From positions 2,304,001 through 2,368,000 of the forward strand of contig OZ244207.1 in assembly GCA_965216875.1 (NCBI GenBank): a DNA stretch of 64,000 nucleotides, read 5' to 3'. This stretch comes from Rubripirellula sp. (GTDB lineage Bacteria; Planctomycetota; Planctomycetia; Pirellulales; Pirellulaceae). Of the stretch, positions 19,014-29,523 are shown in pieces (the first letter of the stretch is position 1; each line of letters starts with the position of its first letter). The notes below the pieces were generated by a model. It ran no database searches and had not been told where the DNA came from. It saw nothing but the letters and a program-made list of their open reading frames with translations. The translations under genes were made by a program, and so were the position numbers.

Positions 19014-19061
19014 TTGGGGGCCCAAGTGTGGGACCAGCCCCAAGTGTGGGGGCGGGGACGA

Positions 19062-19090
19062 CAGACACTTGCCCCGGCGGGCGGTATACT
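19062..19090 (+). promoter_or_regulatory. Possible sigma70 promoter
   Basis: CAGACA-17 bp-TATACT about 70 nt upstream of the DUF151 gene. Confidence 0.4.
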
Positions 19091-19162
19091 AAAGAGCGTT
19101 CGCCCTGCATGGGGCAACGTTGCGTCCAGAATCGTACTTTTCAACTAGCCAAACTTGCCATC

Positions 19163-19576
19163 ATGCCCGTCAAGATGCAACTGGCTCGGATCATCATCTC
19201 CGAGCTTACCGACAACCAGGTCATTTACCTGCAAGAGGTTGACGGGAATCGCGAGTTTCCGATTTTGATTGGGATCTTTGAGGCGACGAACATTGATCGT
19301 CGCGTCAAAGAAGACTACCAGCCGCTGAGGCCGTTGACCCACGACTTGATTGTGAGTGTCGCCAAGTCACTCGGGGCGACCGTTGATAGCGTCGTGATCA
19401 GTGAGCTAAACGAACACACCTATTTCGCGCAGCTGCGGCTCAAGAAAGAGGACGGCACCATCGTTGAAATCGATTCGCGTCCCAGCGATGCGATCGCCGT
19501 CGCCGTCACCTTCTCTCCGCCACTGCCGATCTACGTCAGCGAACACGTGCTTGAAGAAGCCACGTCGACGATCTAA
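19163..19576 (+). CDS. Bifunctional nuclease family protein (DUF151)
   Basis: FPILIGIFEA, RPLTHDL and IDSRPSDAIAVA. Start trimmed to MPVKM. Confidence 0.92.
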   Translation: MPVKMQLARIIISELTDNQVIYLQEVDGNREFPILIGIFEATNIDRRVKEDYQPLRPLTHDLIVSVAKSLGATVDSVVISELNEHTYFAQLRLKKEDGTIVEIDSRPSDAIAVAVTFSPPLPIYVSEHVLEEATSTI

Positions 19577-19726
19577 GTCGACGCACCTTGCCCGTGTACA
19601 GCCCGCGACGCGACGAAAGCAACAAGTTGCAAAGGGTCACGGTCCGCCCCCGCTTCCGACAGACCGGCATCAGGTGCATACTTTCGAAGTCGTGGAATTC
19701 TTCACCGTAGCCGCCCTTCGCTCACA

Positions 19727-20590
19727 ATGCATCAGCTCGAATCGCCCCAAGCCGCACGCCAATACGTGCTCGACCAACGGTCCGGCGGTCGCACTGTCGG
19801 AATCGTTCCCACGATGGGAGCGCTCCATGATGGTCACCTGTCACTCGTTCGACTAAGCAAGGCGAAGTGCGACGTCACCATCGCGACCATCTTCGTGAAC
19901 CCAACCCAGTTCGGCCCTGGCGAAGACTTAAAGCGGTATCCACGCGATCTTGAAAAAGACATGTCGCTGCTTGGCGGGGAAGGGTGCGACGCCGTTTTCA
20001 CCCCCGAAGTGCCGCAGATGTACCCCGAGGGCTTCAGCACCTTTGTCCAACCACCCGAGGTAGGTTTGTCTCTCGAAGGCAAGCATCGCCCCGATCACTT
20101 TCGTGGCGTCACCACCATTGTGCTCAAGCTCTTCAATTGTCTGCCTGCGACGCACGCGTTTTTCGGACGAAAGGATTACCAACAGTGGAAAGTGATCGAG
20201 GCGATGGTCCGCGATCTCGATGTTGGTATCGACGTCCTGGCTGGCGGCATCGTGCGCGAAGATGACGGCTTGGCGATGAGCAGCAGAAACGCCTACCTGT
20301 CAACGGAGCAGCGACAAACGGCTCTGCTGTTATCGAGCGCTCTTCAAAAAGCGAAATCAGCTTTCGAATCTGGCCAGCGGAGCATCGATGTTCTGCAGGC
20401 GGAAATGCGTCAGGTCTTGGCCGGCATCGACTCGAACAACGCAGGCGTCGACAAAATCGACTACGCCGTCATCGTCGATGCCGACAACCTATCGCCCATC
20501 GCATCCATCGAAAACAAACAGGCCGTCGCGTTGATCGCCGCCTGGGTTGGCAAGACGCGATTGATCGATAACCTGCTTCTTTCCCAATAG
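19727..20590 (+). CDS. panC: Pantoate--beta-alanine ligase
   Basis: VPTMGALHDGH, IFVNPTQF, RPDHFRGV, FGRKDYQQ, GLAMSSRN and RLIDN. Confidence 0.98.
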   Translation: MHQLESPQAARQYVLDQRSGGRTVGIVPTMGALHDGHLSLVRLSKAKCDVTIATIFVNPTQFGPGEDLKRYPRDLEKDMSLLGGEGCDAVFTPEVPQMYPEGFSTFVQPPEVGLSLEGKHRPDHFRGVTTIVLKLFNCLPATHAFFGRKDYQQWKVIEAMVRDLDVGIDVLAGGIVREDDGLAMSSRNAYLSTEQRQTALLLSSALQKAKSAFESGQRSIDVLQAEMRQVLAGIDSNNAGVDKIDYAVIVDADNLSPIASIENKQAVALIAAWVGKTRLIDNLLLSQ

Positions 20591-20626
20591 CCACTTTGTG
20601 AACAAACGTCCTAAGGCACTCTTGGA

Positions 20627-21595
20627 ATGATTGAACGAATCCTTGTCACTGGCGGCGCCGGCTTTCTGGGGTCCCATATTTGCGAGAAGCTGGTCGATGC
20701 CGGTCACGATGTGATCTGTCTGGACAACTTCTTCACCAGTCAAAAGACCAATGTTTCGCACTTGCTCAGTCGCCCGAACTTCGAATTGATTCGGCACGAC
20801 ATCACGCTGCCGATCCACCTGGAAGTGGATCAGATTTACAACTTGGCTTGCCCAGCCGCGCCCGGCCACTATCAATTCAATCCGATCAAGACGATCAAAA
20901 CCAACGTGCTCGGTGCAATCAACATGCTCGGCGTCGCCAAGCGTTGTGGCGCCAGGATCTTGCAAGCAAGCACAAGCGAAGTCTACGGCGATCCCGAAGT
21001 ACACCCGCAAGTCGAGAGCTACCGCGGCAGCGTCAACCCGATTGGCATTCGTGCCTGTTACGACGAAGGCAAACGGGTCGCCGAAACACTCTTCATGGAC
21101 TACCACCGCAGCAACAATGTGGATGTTCGTATTGTGCGGATCTTCAACACCTACGGGCCGCGGATGCATCCTTACGATGGACGTGTCGTTTCAAACTTCA
21201 TTCGACAAGCGCTCGTTGGAGATGACATCACAATTTTCGGAGATGGTTCGCAAACCCGTTCGTTCTGCTATCGCGATGACTTGTGTGACGCAATCATTGG
21301 CATGATGAGTCAAGATTCGTTTATTGGTCCCGTCAACATTGGCAATCCCGTCGAGTTCACCATTCGCGAGCTCGCCGAACTCGTCATTGAACAATCTGGC
21401 TCGGCAAGCAAGCTCGTTGAACGCCCTCTTCCGTCAGACGATCCGACTCGGCGGCGGCCCGACATCTCCCTGGCCAAAGAAAAGCTAGGCTGGGAGCCCA
21501 CAACGCCACTCCAAGACGGGCTTCAAAAGACAATCGACTGGTTCAAATCGATCGACCTCGGCGACTACCGCCCCCCGACCCCCAACTTCAAATAG
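20627..21595 (+). CDS. uxs: UDP-glucuronate decarboxylase (UDP-xylose synthase) family SDR
   Basis: [45 protein letters not shown] and [10 protein letters not shown]. Confidence 0.92.
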   Translation: MIERILVTGGAGFLGSHICEKLVDAGHDVICLDNFFTSQKTNVSHLLSRPNFELIRHDITLPIHLEVDQIYNLACPAAPGHYQFNPIKTIKTNVLGAINMLGVAKRCGARILQASTSEVYGDPEVHPQVESYRGSVNPIGIRACYDEGKRVAETLFMDYHRSNNVDVRIVRIFNTYGPRMHPYDGRVVSNFIRQALVGDDITIFGDGSQTRSFCYRDDLCDAIIGMMSQDSFIGPVNIGNPVEFTIRELAELVIEQSGSASKLVERPLPSDDPTRRRPDISLAKEKLGWEPTTPLQDGLQKTIDWFKSIDLGDYRPPTPNFK

Positions 21596-21718
21596 AGGTC
21601 TCGCGCCGTTTTCGGAATGAGAGTTGGATGCGAGAACCGCGCTAGTTTGCCGCGAGCCAGCTAGTGGTATGGCACGCCGCGCCGCGTTAACCATAATGGG
21701 TAGGTGTGATGACTCGCG

Positions 21719-22783
21719 ATGCGGACGTTGGCTTTAGGCCTTTTCCCCTCGCCAAACACCCCCGCCTCGATATCGAAATTCGATTCTTTGTCAGATCAAG
21801 AACCACAACCACATTCCATCTCGTTCGTCATTCCGATGATGGACGAAGAGCAAACGCTCGAAAAGCTGCACTCCGAAATAGCTAAGCAGTGCGAGACGCT
21901 GGGCATTGAGTTCCAAATCGTCTTTGTCGACGATGGCTCGACAGACAACTCATGGCAAGTTGTCAGTGGCCTCGTTAAAGCCCACCCGACAACGACCCAG
22001 GCGATCCGGTTTCGACGGAACTTCGGCAAAGCAGCCGCCTTATCGGCTGGCTTTGAACAATGCCGCTGTGAACTGGTCATCACGATGGACGCTGACTTAC
22101 AAGACGATCCCAAAGAGATCCCTCGCTTTTTGGAGAAGCTTGACGAAGGCTACGATGTCGTCAGCGGTTGGAAGAAAGTGCGTCACGATCCGTGGCACAA
22201 AGTACTGCCCAGCCGCGTCTTCAATGCGTTGGTCAGCGGCCTGACGAAGGTCAAGTTGCACGACCACAATTGCGGATTCAAAGCCTACCGCCGCGACATC
22301 TTTGACGAAGTGACGTTGTACGGCGAACAACATCGTTTCGTTCCAGTACTCGCTTCGGCCAAAGGATGGAAGGTTGCCGAGATCGAAGTCGAGCACCATG
22401 CCCGAGAATTCGGCCGCAGCAAATATGGTGTCTCACGGCTTGTTAAAGGATTCTTGGATCTGCTCACCGTTCACTTTTTGACCGGCTATGTCGGTCGCCC
22501 GTTGCACTTGATTGGCACCTTCGGGTTAATCTCGTTTGCCGGTGGTCTCGGTTGCATGCTCTATCTGACTGCGACGTGGGTGTTGTCCCGATTGAGCGAC
22601 AATTGGGAAGACGTTCACCTGCACGAATCGGCGCTTTTTTATTACTGCATCCTAGCCGTGCTGCTTGGTTGCCAGCTCTTGGTCGCCGGGCTCTTGGCCG
22701 AGCTGATCGTTTGGCGAACGCGCAGCTCACACCAACCCTTTAGCGTTGCCGAGCGCATCGGAGAGCAGCAAGTCGACCAATGA
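21719..22783 (+). CDS. GT2 polyprenol-phosphate glycosyltransferase (ArnC/DPM1-like) with two C-terminal TM helices
   Basis: VDDGSTD, RRNFGKAAAL, MDADLQDDP, DHNCGFKAYR, YGEQHRF and GRSKYG. Start may be later (TTG near 21788). Confidence 0.9.
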   Translation: MRTLALGLFPSPNTPASISKFDSLSDQEPQPHSISFVIPMMDEEQTLEKLHSEIAKQCETLGIEFQIVFVDDGSTDNSWQVVSGLVKAHPTTTQAIRFRRNFGKAAALSAGFEQCRCELVITMDADLQDDPKEIPRFLEKLDEGYDVVSGWKKVRHDPWHKVLPSRVFNALVSGLTKVKLHDHNCGFKAYRRDIFDEVTLYGEQHRFVPVLASAKGWKVAEIEVEHHAREFGRSKYGVSRLVKGFLDLLTVHFLTGYVGRPLHLIGTFGLISFAGGLGCMLYLTATWVLSRLSDNWEDVHLHESALFYYCILAVLLGCQLLVAGLLAELIVWRTRSSHQPFSVAERIGEQQVDQ

Positions 22784-24438
22784 ATCGTGAACTCGACAAT
22801 GGGCTGCATCAACGACGATCGGCAACTCGCATCCTGATTCTGATCGCCCTCGCGATCGCCGCCGGACGCATCGCGGTCGTCACGCGCGACGGCGTGACCG
22901 CATTCCTGAGCGCGAATGACCGAAGTCGGTGGGCCACCATCGCCTCGCTCGTCGAGCACGGGACCTATTCGATCGATACGCAAGAAGCGATCACCGTCCC
23001 CAATCCAATCTCCAAAAAGGCGTATCGGCCTTGGTTCACGATCGACAAGGTCCAACATGTCGGCAGTGACGGCAAGCTGCATTTCTACAGCAGTAAGCCG
23101 CCACTCTTTCCCACGATGGTCGCCGGAGTCTATGCGGTCGCGCAGTTCGTGTTGGGCATGACCTTGACCGAGCAGCCGATGTACATGACGCGGATCATGC
23201 TTGCGCTGATCAATCTTCCGCTGCTCGCCCTTTTTCTGTTCGCCACTTGTGAGTGTGTCAATCGCGTTTGCCGAAGCGATTGGGCGGCGCGTTTGAGCGT
23301 GCTTTGTGTTTGTTTTGCGACGATGATGATCCCATTCTCCATTTCGCTCAACAATCACCTGCCCGCTGCGGCGGCGACGGCGGGGGTGATGTGGATCTAT
23401 CTGCTTGCCGCCGAGCGACTTGACCAATCACGACGGGACCAAGCAGATGGCGTCACGCCAAAAGAAGTTTCGCCGTGGTTGTGGTTTGCCGCCGGCCTGA
23501 GCGCGGCCTTTGCCGCCGCGAATGAGTTGCCAGCGCTCTCGATGATGGCTTTCTGGGGACTGCTGTTTGCGCTCCTCTCGCGCAAATCCGTTCTACCTTT
23601 TGCCGCCGGAATCGCCGTTGTTGCCATCGGCTTTTTTGGCACCAACTGGATTGCCCATCAAAGCTGGCGTCCGCCCTATGCCCATCGCGGGGTCGGTGAC
23701 GCAATTGGCAAGCTCGAGAGCGCTGCGACAGCGCCCGACCAACAGTCGGTGGACACCTTTCACCAAATGCTGATCGACGCAGGCCTGGAAACCGCTGCTG
23801 GAGAAACTTCGCTCAAACCCTCCGATGAACCGAACCGCTGGGTGCTTAGCGTGGGCGAAGTTCCCTACGCCGTGATCAACACAAACGCCGGCTCCGCGGA
23901 GGAGATCCGCACCTACAAACTCGCTCATTGGGATGACTGGTACGAATACCCTGGCACGCATTGGAAACCAGAGAATCTGAAAAGTGTGGACAAAGGCGAG
24001 CCTTCGCGTCTTGTCTATTTTGCCCACATGACCATTGGTCACCATGGCGTCTTTTCGCTGACGCCAATTTGGATCCTTGTGCCAATCGGACTTATTTATG
24101 GATTGGGGTTTGGCCCCAGCGATCATCGACGGCTCATGCTTGCGATTTTGGTCGCTACTTCCGTTTGCGTCGCTTTCTATATCGCTCGGCCCGAAATTGA
24201 CCGAAATTACGGGGGAGTGAGTGTTTGTTTTCGATGGTTGCTGTGGTTCGCACCGCTATGGTTGTTGGCGATCGCACCGGTGATCGACCGAATGGCCGAT
24301 TCGCGGCGACTTCGAGCAGCGCTGAAGATAATGCTTGCATTGAGCGTCTTTTCCGTTTCGACGGCGCTTTCATCGCCATGGCAGCACCCGTGGTTGTACC
24401 AATACTGGCGTTTTCTGGGCCTATTTGGCCTGGATTGA
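22780..24438 (+). CDS. Polytopic membrane protein, GT-C-like
   Basis: ATGA overlap with the GT2 gene; many TM segments; acidic first external loop (ANDRSRW...TIDKV...FYSSKPP); late RNYGG..RWLLW. GT-C function is inferred. Confidence 0.65.
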   Translation: MNRELDNGLHQRRSATRILILIALAIAAGRIAVVTRDGVTAFLSANDRSRWATIASLVEHGTYSIDTQEAITVPNPISKKAYRPWFTIDKVQHVGSDGKLHFYSSKPPLFPTMVAGVYAVAQFVLGMTLTEQPMYMTRIMLALINLPLLALFLFATCECVNRVCRSDWAARLSVLCVCFATMMIPFSISLNNHLPAAAATAGVMWIYLLAAERLDQSRRDQADGVTPKEVSPWLWFAAGLSAAFAAANELPALSMMAFWGLLFALLSRKSVLPFAAGIAVVAIGFFGTNWIAHQSWRPPYAHRGVGDAIGKLESAATAPDQQSVDTFHQMLIDAGLETAAGETSLKPSDEPNRWVLSVGEVPYAVINTNAGSAEEIRTYKLAHWDDWYEYPGTHWKPENLKSVDKGEPSRLVYFAHMTIGHHGVFSLTPIWILVPIGLIYGLGFGPSDHRRLMLAILVATSVCVAFYIARPEIDRNYGGVSVCFRWLLWFAPLWLLAIAPVIDRMADSRRLRAALKIMLALSVFSVSTALSSPWQHPWLYQYWRFLGLFGLD

Positions 24439-24548
24439 ATGCGCGTCGAGGGTCTACCATCATCGCGTCGACGATTGCGCCGATTGGCCGCTCGCTAGGA
24501 AAGCGACGCTGACTCGGCTTATCAATTGCTGTCAACAAGGAACCTCTA

Positions 24549-27500
24549 TTGACCGGCACGGATGCCGTGACGCAAACGCTGCGTCCGAGACGAATGTCTC
24601 GACTGTTCGTCGCTGCGCTGTTCCTGTTTGCATCCGCGGTGGTGATTCGTTCGCTGGCGCCCCAGACCGTTGGCGAAACGGCGCGTCGCAAGTTCGAGTC
24701 GCAGCTTCAAGAACACTACGGCGACCTTGCCGTTTCGATTGGCCGCGGACGCTATGAACCGCAGGTCGGCTTGATCTTTGAAGACATCGAGATTTCTGAG
24801 CCCGCCGAATCGAATTTCCAGTTTCGATTGAAACAGATGGTTCGCATCGCGCGCTTGACCGTGGTTGCCGACCTGAAGCCAGAAAAGCTGCTCGACAAAC
24901 AGATTCCGATGCAAACGCGGCGGGTCGTGCTCGACGGGGTTCAGGCCAATGCATGGCTCGATGCGGACGGCCAGATCTCGCTGGCGAAGCTGATGCCCTG
25001 CCCACAACTTGGTCCGGCCGCGCCGGTGATGCAGATTCGCGACGCAAAGATCCGTCTGATGGGCAGCCGCGCGCAAAGCCGTCCGATTGATGTGGAAATC
25101 GTCGACGCCGTGATCAAGAGCACGCCCAACGCGAGTGGCTGTTCCGACAAATCAATGACCATTCGTGGACGCTCCGACTTTGCAAACGAATTCGTTGCTC
25201 AGTGTGACATCGTCGATTCGGTTAGCGACATCCGAGTCGCGGTGAAGGATGCCCACTTTGATCGCGACCTTTTCGAACGGTTGCCAACGCCCTGGAGTGA
25301 CCTGATCCGCCAAGCGCGCGATCTCGATTGTGTGGGCGACCTCTCGCTGACGATGCTACGCGCCGCCGACGGTCGCATGAACTACCGTTTGCGAACGACC
25401 ATTCACGAAGGCAGGTACCTTCACGGTTCGTTGCCAAAACCGATCACCGGATTGCGAGGGATCATCGTTGCCGAGCCAACCGGCGTGACCATCGAAGCGT
25501 CACAAGCGATGCTCGGCGATGCCGTGGTTCGAGCGACAGGCAAGATCGAAGGCTTTGACGCCAACGCCAAAGTCGACCTGAACGTCTCGGCACGTGGCCT
25601 GTTGCTTGACGATTCGCTCGCATCCGCACTGCCGCCGAATCTGCGGACCGGTTGGGGCAAACTCCAGCCCTACGGACGCGTCGACATTGATGCCGATGTC
25701 ACAGCGCAAGCGGGCGTCGTGACTCACAATGCCGTGGTCAACTGCAAGGGCGTCGACGTCCGATACGAAAAGTTCCCCTATCCCGTCGAACAACTCGTCG
25801 GCCGTGTTGAAATTCACGACGGCATCGCGACCGCAGAATCACTCGATGGTCGTTTGGGGGGCAATCGAATGCAATGTGCCTTTCGATTGCCGATCAAGCC
25901 TGGCATCACCAACGAAAAGTCGTTCGTGATCGCGACTGACGGCCCCGTTCCGATCGACGATACGTTGGTGTCGTCCCTTTCGCCGCGTGGCAGCCCGATG
26001 ACGAAGTTGGAATCGTTCGTCCGGTCGCTTCGGCCGCGTGGCTCGGTTCATCTGGTTCGCGCTTCGTTGGTGACCGACGCAGCGGGGCGTGCAAGTCGCA
26101 ATGTCGACCTGCGAGTCGTCGACGGGCACATGCGCTACGAGAAGTTCGCCTACCCACTCTACAACGTCGAAGGCCAAATCCTGGTCGAAGATGACCTGGT
26201 GAAGCTCAACGGCTTTCGCGCAACCAATGCAAACGCGGCACTGATCCTGTGCGATGGCGGCTATCAAATGCCGAGCAAGAAGGTTCCGCAAACAGCGACC
26301 GCCGCGATCATGCGCAGCAACGACTCGCATTTGGCTTTGCGGTTTCGCGCGTCCAACTTGCCCATGGACGATTCGCTTCGCGCCTCCCTTCCAGCTCACA
26401 CTCAATCGACGTGGGATGCCATTTCGCCCACCGGCATGCTTGATGAGTTGAACGTGGTCGTCGGACAACAGGGATCGTCATCACCTTTGGCATTGGACAT
26501 CACTGCGATTCAAAGGCCGACCAACCAAGTCACCCATCGATCGCTCAGCATCCGGCCACCGTCGCTTCCTTACCGACTTGACATTACTGGCGGAAGCGTC
26601 CGTTTCGACGGAACTCAAGTGATCATTGACTCGATCAACGCGCGGCATGAGGCATCGACCCTGGCTGCCGACGGAGGCTGTGTCCGATCGGCGGACGGGC
26701 GTTGGGAGCTGCTTTTGAACCTACACAGCGGCAGTCGCTTGCATCCCGACAACGAACTGATCGCCGCGCTGCCGACTCAGATGCGTGAAGCCATGCGAAG
26801 ATTGCAATTGCGCGGCCCTGTCAGCCTTCGCGGCAACACGCGTTTGTTGCTTTCCAATGAATCGTTTCCCGAACCCAAGATCGACTGGAACCTTGTCCTG
26901 CAACTGGAAGGAAACCGGATTGCAGACGTCGGTCCCGTTCACTCCTTGCGTGGGGAGATTTCCGTCGAAGGCTCGCGCGACGAATTTGGTCTCAACGCCC
27001 GAGGCCGCGTCAAAATCGACTCGATGCACGTCAATGATCTGCAAATCACTCGCATCGAAGGCCCCTACGCGATCACGGGCGACCGCCTGATCCTCGGCGG
27101 CGGACTGCCCCAACGACTGAGCCGACCGACCGTTGCCACGATCAACCAAGGTGGCTCCGAAAACAGCATTCGCGGGCGCATGTTCGACGGAACGCTGCGG
27201 CTCGATGGCGAGCTTGTCCTTTCCAATGCGCAATTCGACGTCGACTTGGCGGTCGATGACGCGCGCGTCAACACGCTCCTGGCTGACTTTGGCTACAGCG
27301 GCAGCGGATTGACCGGGACACTCAGTGGCAAGACAGAATTGCAAGGCAACCTCGGATCGCCTGACCTACTCAAGGGAAGTGGTGCGGCGCGCGTCGAGGG
27401 AGCCAACCTGTATCAGCTGCCGTTGATCGTCCAACTGTTGAACCAATTGCGCATCACGCCGACTGAAGATGTTGCCTTTACTGATGGCGAAATCGTCTTC

Positions 27501-27845
27501 ACCGTGTTTGGCGACACCGTCACCTTTGGCGACATGCAGATCTGGGGCGACCTGGTTGCGTTGCACGGGGGCGGAACGATGAACCGCCGCCGTGAACTTG
27601 ACCTTACGTTCAACACCAGAGTGAGCCCGCAAAACACATTCACCCAAGTCTTGAGACCGCTTCGAAGTAAGCGATACACCCTGTGGACGATCGATGTAAA
27701 AGGACCGTTGGCTTCGCCAGAGATTGAGCGACGAGCACTTGAAGGCGTCGGCGAAACCCTCGAAATGATTTTCCCAGCAATGGGAACCAAAAGTGAGGAT
27801 GGTACGGAACCGGAAACAGCCGGTTTCGGAAATTGGTTTCGTTAG
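24549..27845 (+). CDS. AsmA-like (YhdP/TamB-type) bridge-like protein
   Basis: N-terminal TM anchor, long repetitive beta-strand pattern (YEKFPYP / YEKFAYP repeats) and an AsmA-like C-terminus (LYQLPLIVQLL...GGTMNRRRELDLTF). Start uncertain. Confidence 0.75.
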   Translation: MTGTDAVTQTLRPRRMSRLFVAALFLFASAVVIRSLAPQTVGETARRKFESQLQEHYGDLAVSIGRGRYEPQVGLIFEDIEISEPAESNFQFRLKQMVRIARLTVVADLKPEKLLDKQIPMQTRRVVLDGVQANAWLDADGQISLAKLMPCPQLGPAAPVMQIRDAKIRLMGSRAQSRPIDVEIVDAVIKSTPNASGCSDKSMTIRGRSDFANEFVAQCDIVDSVSDIRVAVKDAHFDRDLFERLPTPWSDLIRQARDLDCVGDLSLTMLRAADGRMNYRLRTTIHEGRYLHGSLPKPITGLRGIIVAEPTGVTIEASQAMLGDAVVRATGKIEGFDANAKVDLNVSARGLLLDDSLASALPPNLRTGWGKLQPYGRVDIDADVTAQAGVVTHNAVVNCKGVDVRYEKFPYPVEQLVGRVEIHDGIATAESLDGRLGGNRMQCAFRLPIKPGITNEKSFVIATDGPVPIDDTLVSSLSPRGSPMTKLESFVRSLRPRGSVHLVRASLVTDAAGRASRNVDLRVVDGHMRYEKFAYPLYNVEGQILVEDDLVKLNGFRATNANAALILCDGGYQMPSKKVPQTATAAIMRSNDSHLALRFRASNLPMDDSLRASLPAHTQSTWDAISPTGMLDELNVVVGQQGSSSPLALDITAIQRPTNQVTHRSLSIRPPSLPYRLDITGGSVRFDGTQVIIDSINARHEASTLAADGGCVRSADGRWELLLNLHSGSRLHPDNELIAALPTQMREAMRRLQLRGPVSLRGNTRLLLSNESFPEPKIDWNLVLQLEGNRIADVGPVHSLRGEISVEGSRDEFGLNARGRVKIDSMHVNDLQITRIEGPYAITGDRLILGGGLPQRLSRPTVATINQGGSENSIRGRMFDGTLRLDGELVLSNAQFDVDLAVDDARVNTLLADFGYSGSGLTGTLSGKTELQGNLGSPDLLKGSGAARVEGANLYQLPLIVQLLNQLRITPTEDVAFTDGEIVFTVFGDTVTFGDMQIWGDLVALHGGGTMNRRRELDLTFNTRVSPQNTFTQVLRPLRSKRYTLWTIDVKGPLASPEIERRALEGVGETLEMIFPAMGTKSEDGTEPETAGFGNWFR

Positions 27846-27856
27846 GAGGATGATCG

Positions 27857-28186
27857 ATGAATATCAATCCGAGCGCGGCCGCGTCAGTGGCCGGGACATC
27901 ACGCGCAGCCGCTCGTGGCGGTGAATCTGAGAACCAATCTGCGGAAGCGACCAAACAACAAGCCAAATCGGACGCTCCCGGTGGCAAAGGCGGCGACACC
28001 GCGGCGGTCGACGCGGGCGATCACGCCGATGACCGGTACGGCGACGGACGCCAAACACTCGATACCTTTGAACGCTCCGACAGCGAAGAGAAGCCCGAGG
28101 AGACCAAAGAGCAGGCCGAAACGCCCACTGCGCCTCTGTCGACCGATGAGCCGGAGTCTGGCGGGCATCTCGACCTCCAGGCCTAA
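27857..28186 (+). CDS. Small acidic low-complexity hypothetical protein
   Basis: Strong AGGAGG RBS 11 nt after the upstream stop; ends GGHLDLQA. Confidence 0.75.
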   Translation: MNINPSAAASVAGTSRAAARGGESENQSAEATKQQAKSDAPGGKGGDTAAVDAGDHADDRYGDGRQTLDTFERSDSEEKPEETKEQAETPTAPLSTDEPESGGHLDLQA

Positions 28187-28384
28187 GCGGGCTCAGCAGT
28201 CTTCACCTGCCAACTCAACCTTCAATCGCAAGAATTCGCTACGATTGCGCGCCCACAAACGACCAGGGCAAAGCCACCCGTTTGTGGTCCCTGCCTTCGC
28301 CGGAATCGTTTTGCGTTTCCGTACCTTCATTTGGCGGCACACCGAGACTGCAAACAGACCTTCTACCGACAACAAGCATTCACG

Positions 28385-29416
28385 ATGACAGACAACGGAT
28401 TAGATCAACGGGACGAAACTCAAGACCCAGCGGTCGCAGCAGAGCAAGCCGAAGAAGCAACGTTGGTCGAACTGCTCACCTACGGGCTGTCGCTCCCCGA
28501 ACGCACCGCACGAAGCGCCTCGGCGGTCGTCGCTGGCTTTGTCAACGAATCGGCTGCGCGATTGATCCCAGCGGCATTTCGCTCATCGCGAAGCTACACC
28601 GTTTTCGTGCAACAATCGCTCGACATGTTGATCCATGACGTCGGCGGGGTCTCAAACCCGAACGCCGAAACCGCTGATCAACAAGAAACCCAACTGGCTC
28701 GCAAAGCAGTCGGCGGATTGCTCGATGTTGCCGGCACTGCAACGCTTCACCTTTCCCCCATGACCGTGCTGGCGGTCTTTAGCGACCTCGCGTACGGCTC
28801 GAGCCACTATCTCAACAGGCTTAGCGAGGAGCTCAAGAAAGAAGGAATCATCAATGAAACCAGCAGCATCGATCACGTTGCCGACTTGGTGGATGCGTTA
28901 AAGGAAACCAGTGGCAAAGCTGCCGAAACAATCGACACACCCCCGGTGAGTTTGGATGGCCTGAACGAAACGATCGCGCAGCTGCAGCACGAAATCACCA
29001 AAGTCGATCCGAGAAAACTCATCCCGCAAAATGAGATTGAGCGTCTTTGGATTGAGATGGAAGACGCAGCGTCCGCCGCAGACGTGGGGCTCTGGGATGT
29101 CAGTGCAACGATGACCATGTTCGCAATGAACCGCGTTTCATTGACCACGCGCGGTGCGCTCTCGACTTTTTCGGTTGCGGGCAACTTGCTCGATGAACAC
29201 ATCGTCCAACACTACTCCGCTGCGCTCGGAGAAATCAAAGAGCACGGTTTTTACGCCACTTTAGCGGATGTTTCGAGTCCCTACCTCGAAGCGGTTTGGA
29301 ACAATTTCGATGATGACCGCGAGACCTGGACGGAAGATCTGCTGACCGGAAAACTGTTCGGGCGAGCCTGGGATGGCTTTCGCGGTTGGTGGTCTGGCAA
29401 AGAGGACCCGCAATAG
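28385..29416 (+). CDS. Hypothetical alpha-helical protein
   Basis: Long ORF with coding-like composition; no family recognised. Start trimmed to MTDNG. Confidence 0.75.
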   Translation: MTDNGLDQRDETQDPAVAAEQAEEATLVELLTYGLSLPERTARSASAVVAGFVNESAARLIPAAFRSSRSYTVFVQQSLDMLIHDVGGVSNPNAETADQQETQLARKAVGGLLDVAGTATLHLSPMTVLAVFSDLAYGSSHYLNRLSEELKKEGIINETSSIDHVADLVDALKETSGKAAETIDTPPVSLDGLNETIAQLQHEITKVDPRKLIPQNEIERLWIEMEDAASAADVGLWDVSATMTMFAMNRVSLTTRGALSTFSVAGNLLDEHIVQHYSAALGEIKEHGFYATLADVSSPYLEAVWNNFDDDRETWTEDLLTGKLFGRAWDGFRGWWSGKEDPQ

Positions 29417-29443
29417 TTTGTTCGACCGAGTTGACAAGAGTGT

Positions 29444-29472
29444 TTGAGCCACGGCGTGACACCATCTACACT
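29444..29472 (+). promoter_or_regulatory. Possible sigma70 promoter for galM
   Basis: TTGAGC-17 bp-TACACT about 50 nt upstream of the ATG. Confidence 0.4.
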
Positions 29473-29523
29473 CTTTGGGCGGCGCAACTTCACTATTCGC
29501 TCACTGCCCAGAAAACATAAGTC

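Noticed and set aside
19016..19057. Four G-runs with a CCCAAGTGTGGG direct repeat (possible G-quadruplex)
   Set aside because: Long loops and competing C-runs; plausible by chance in GC-rich DNA.
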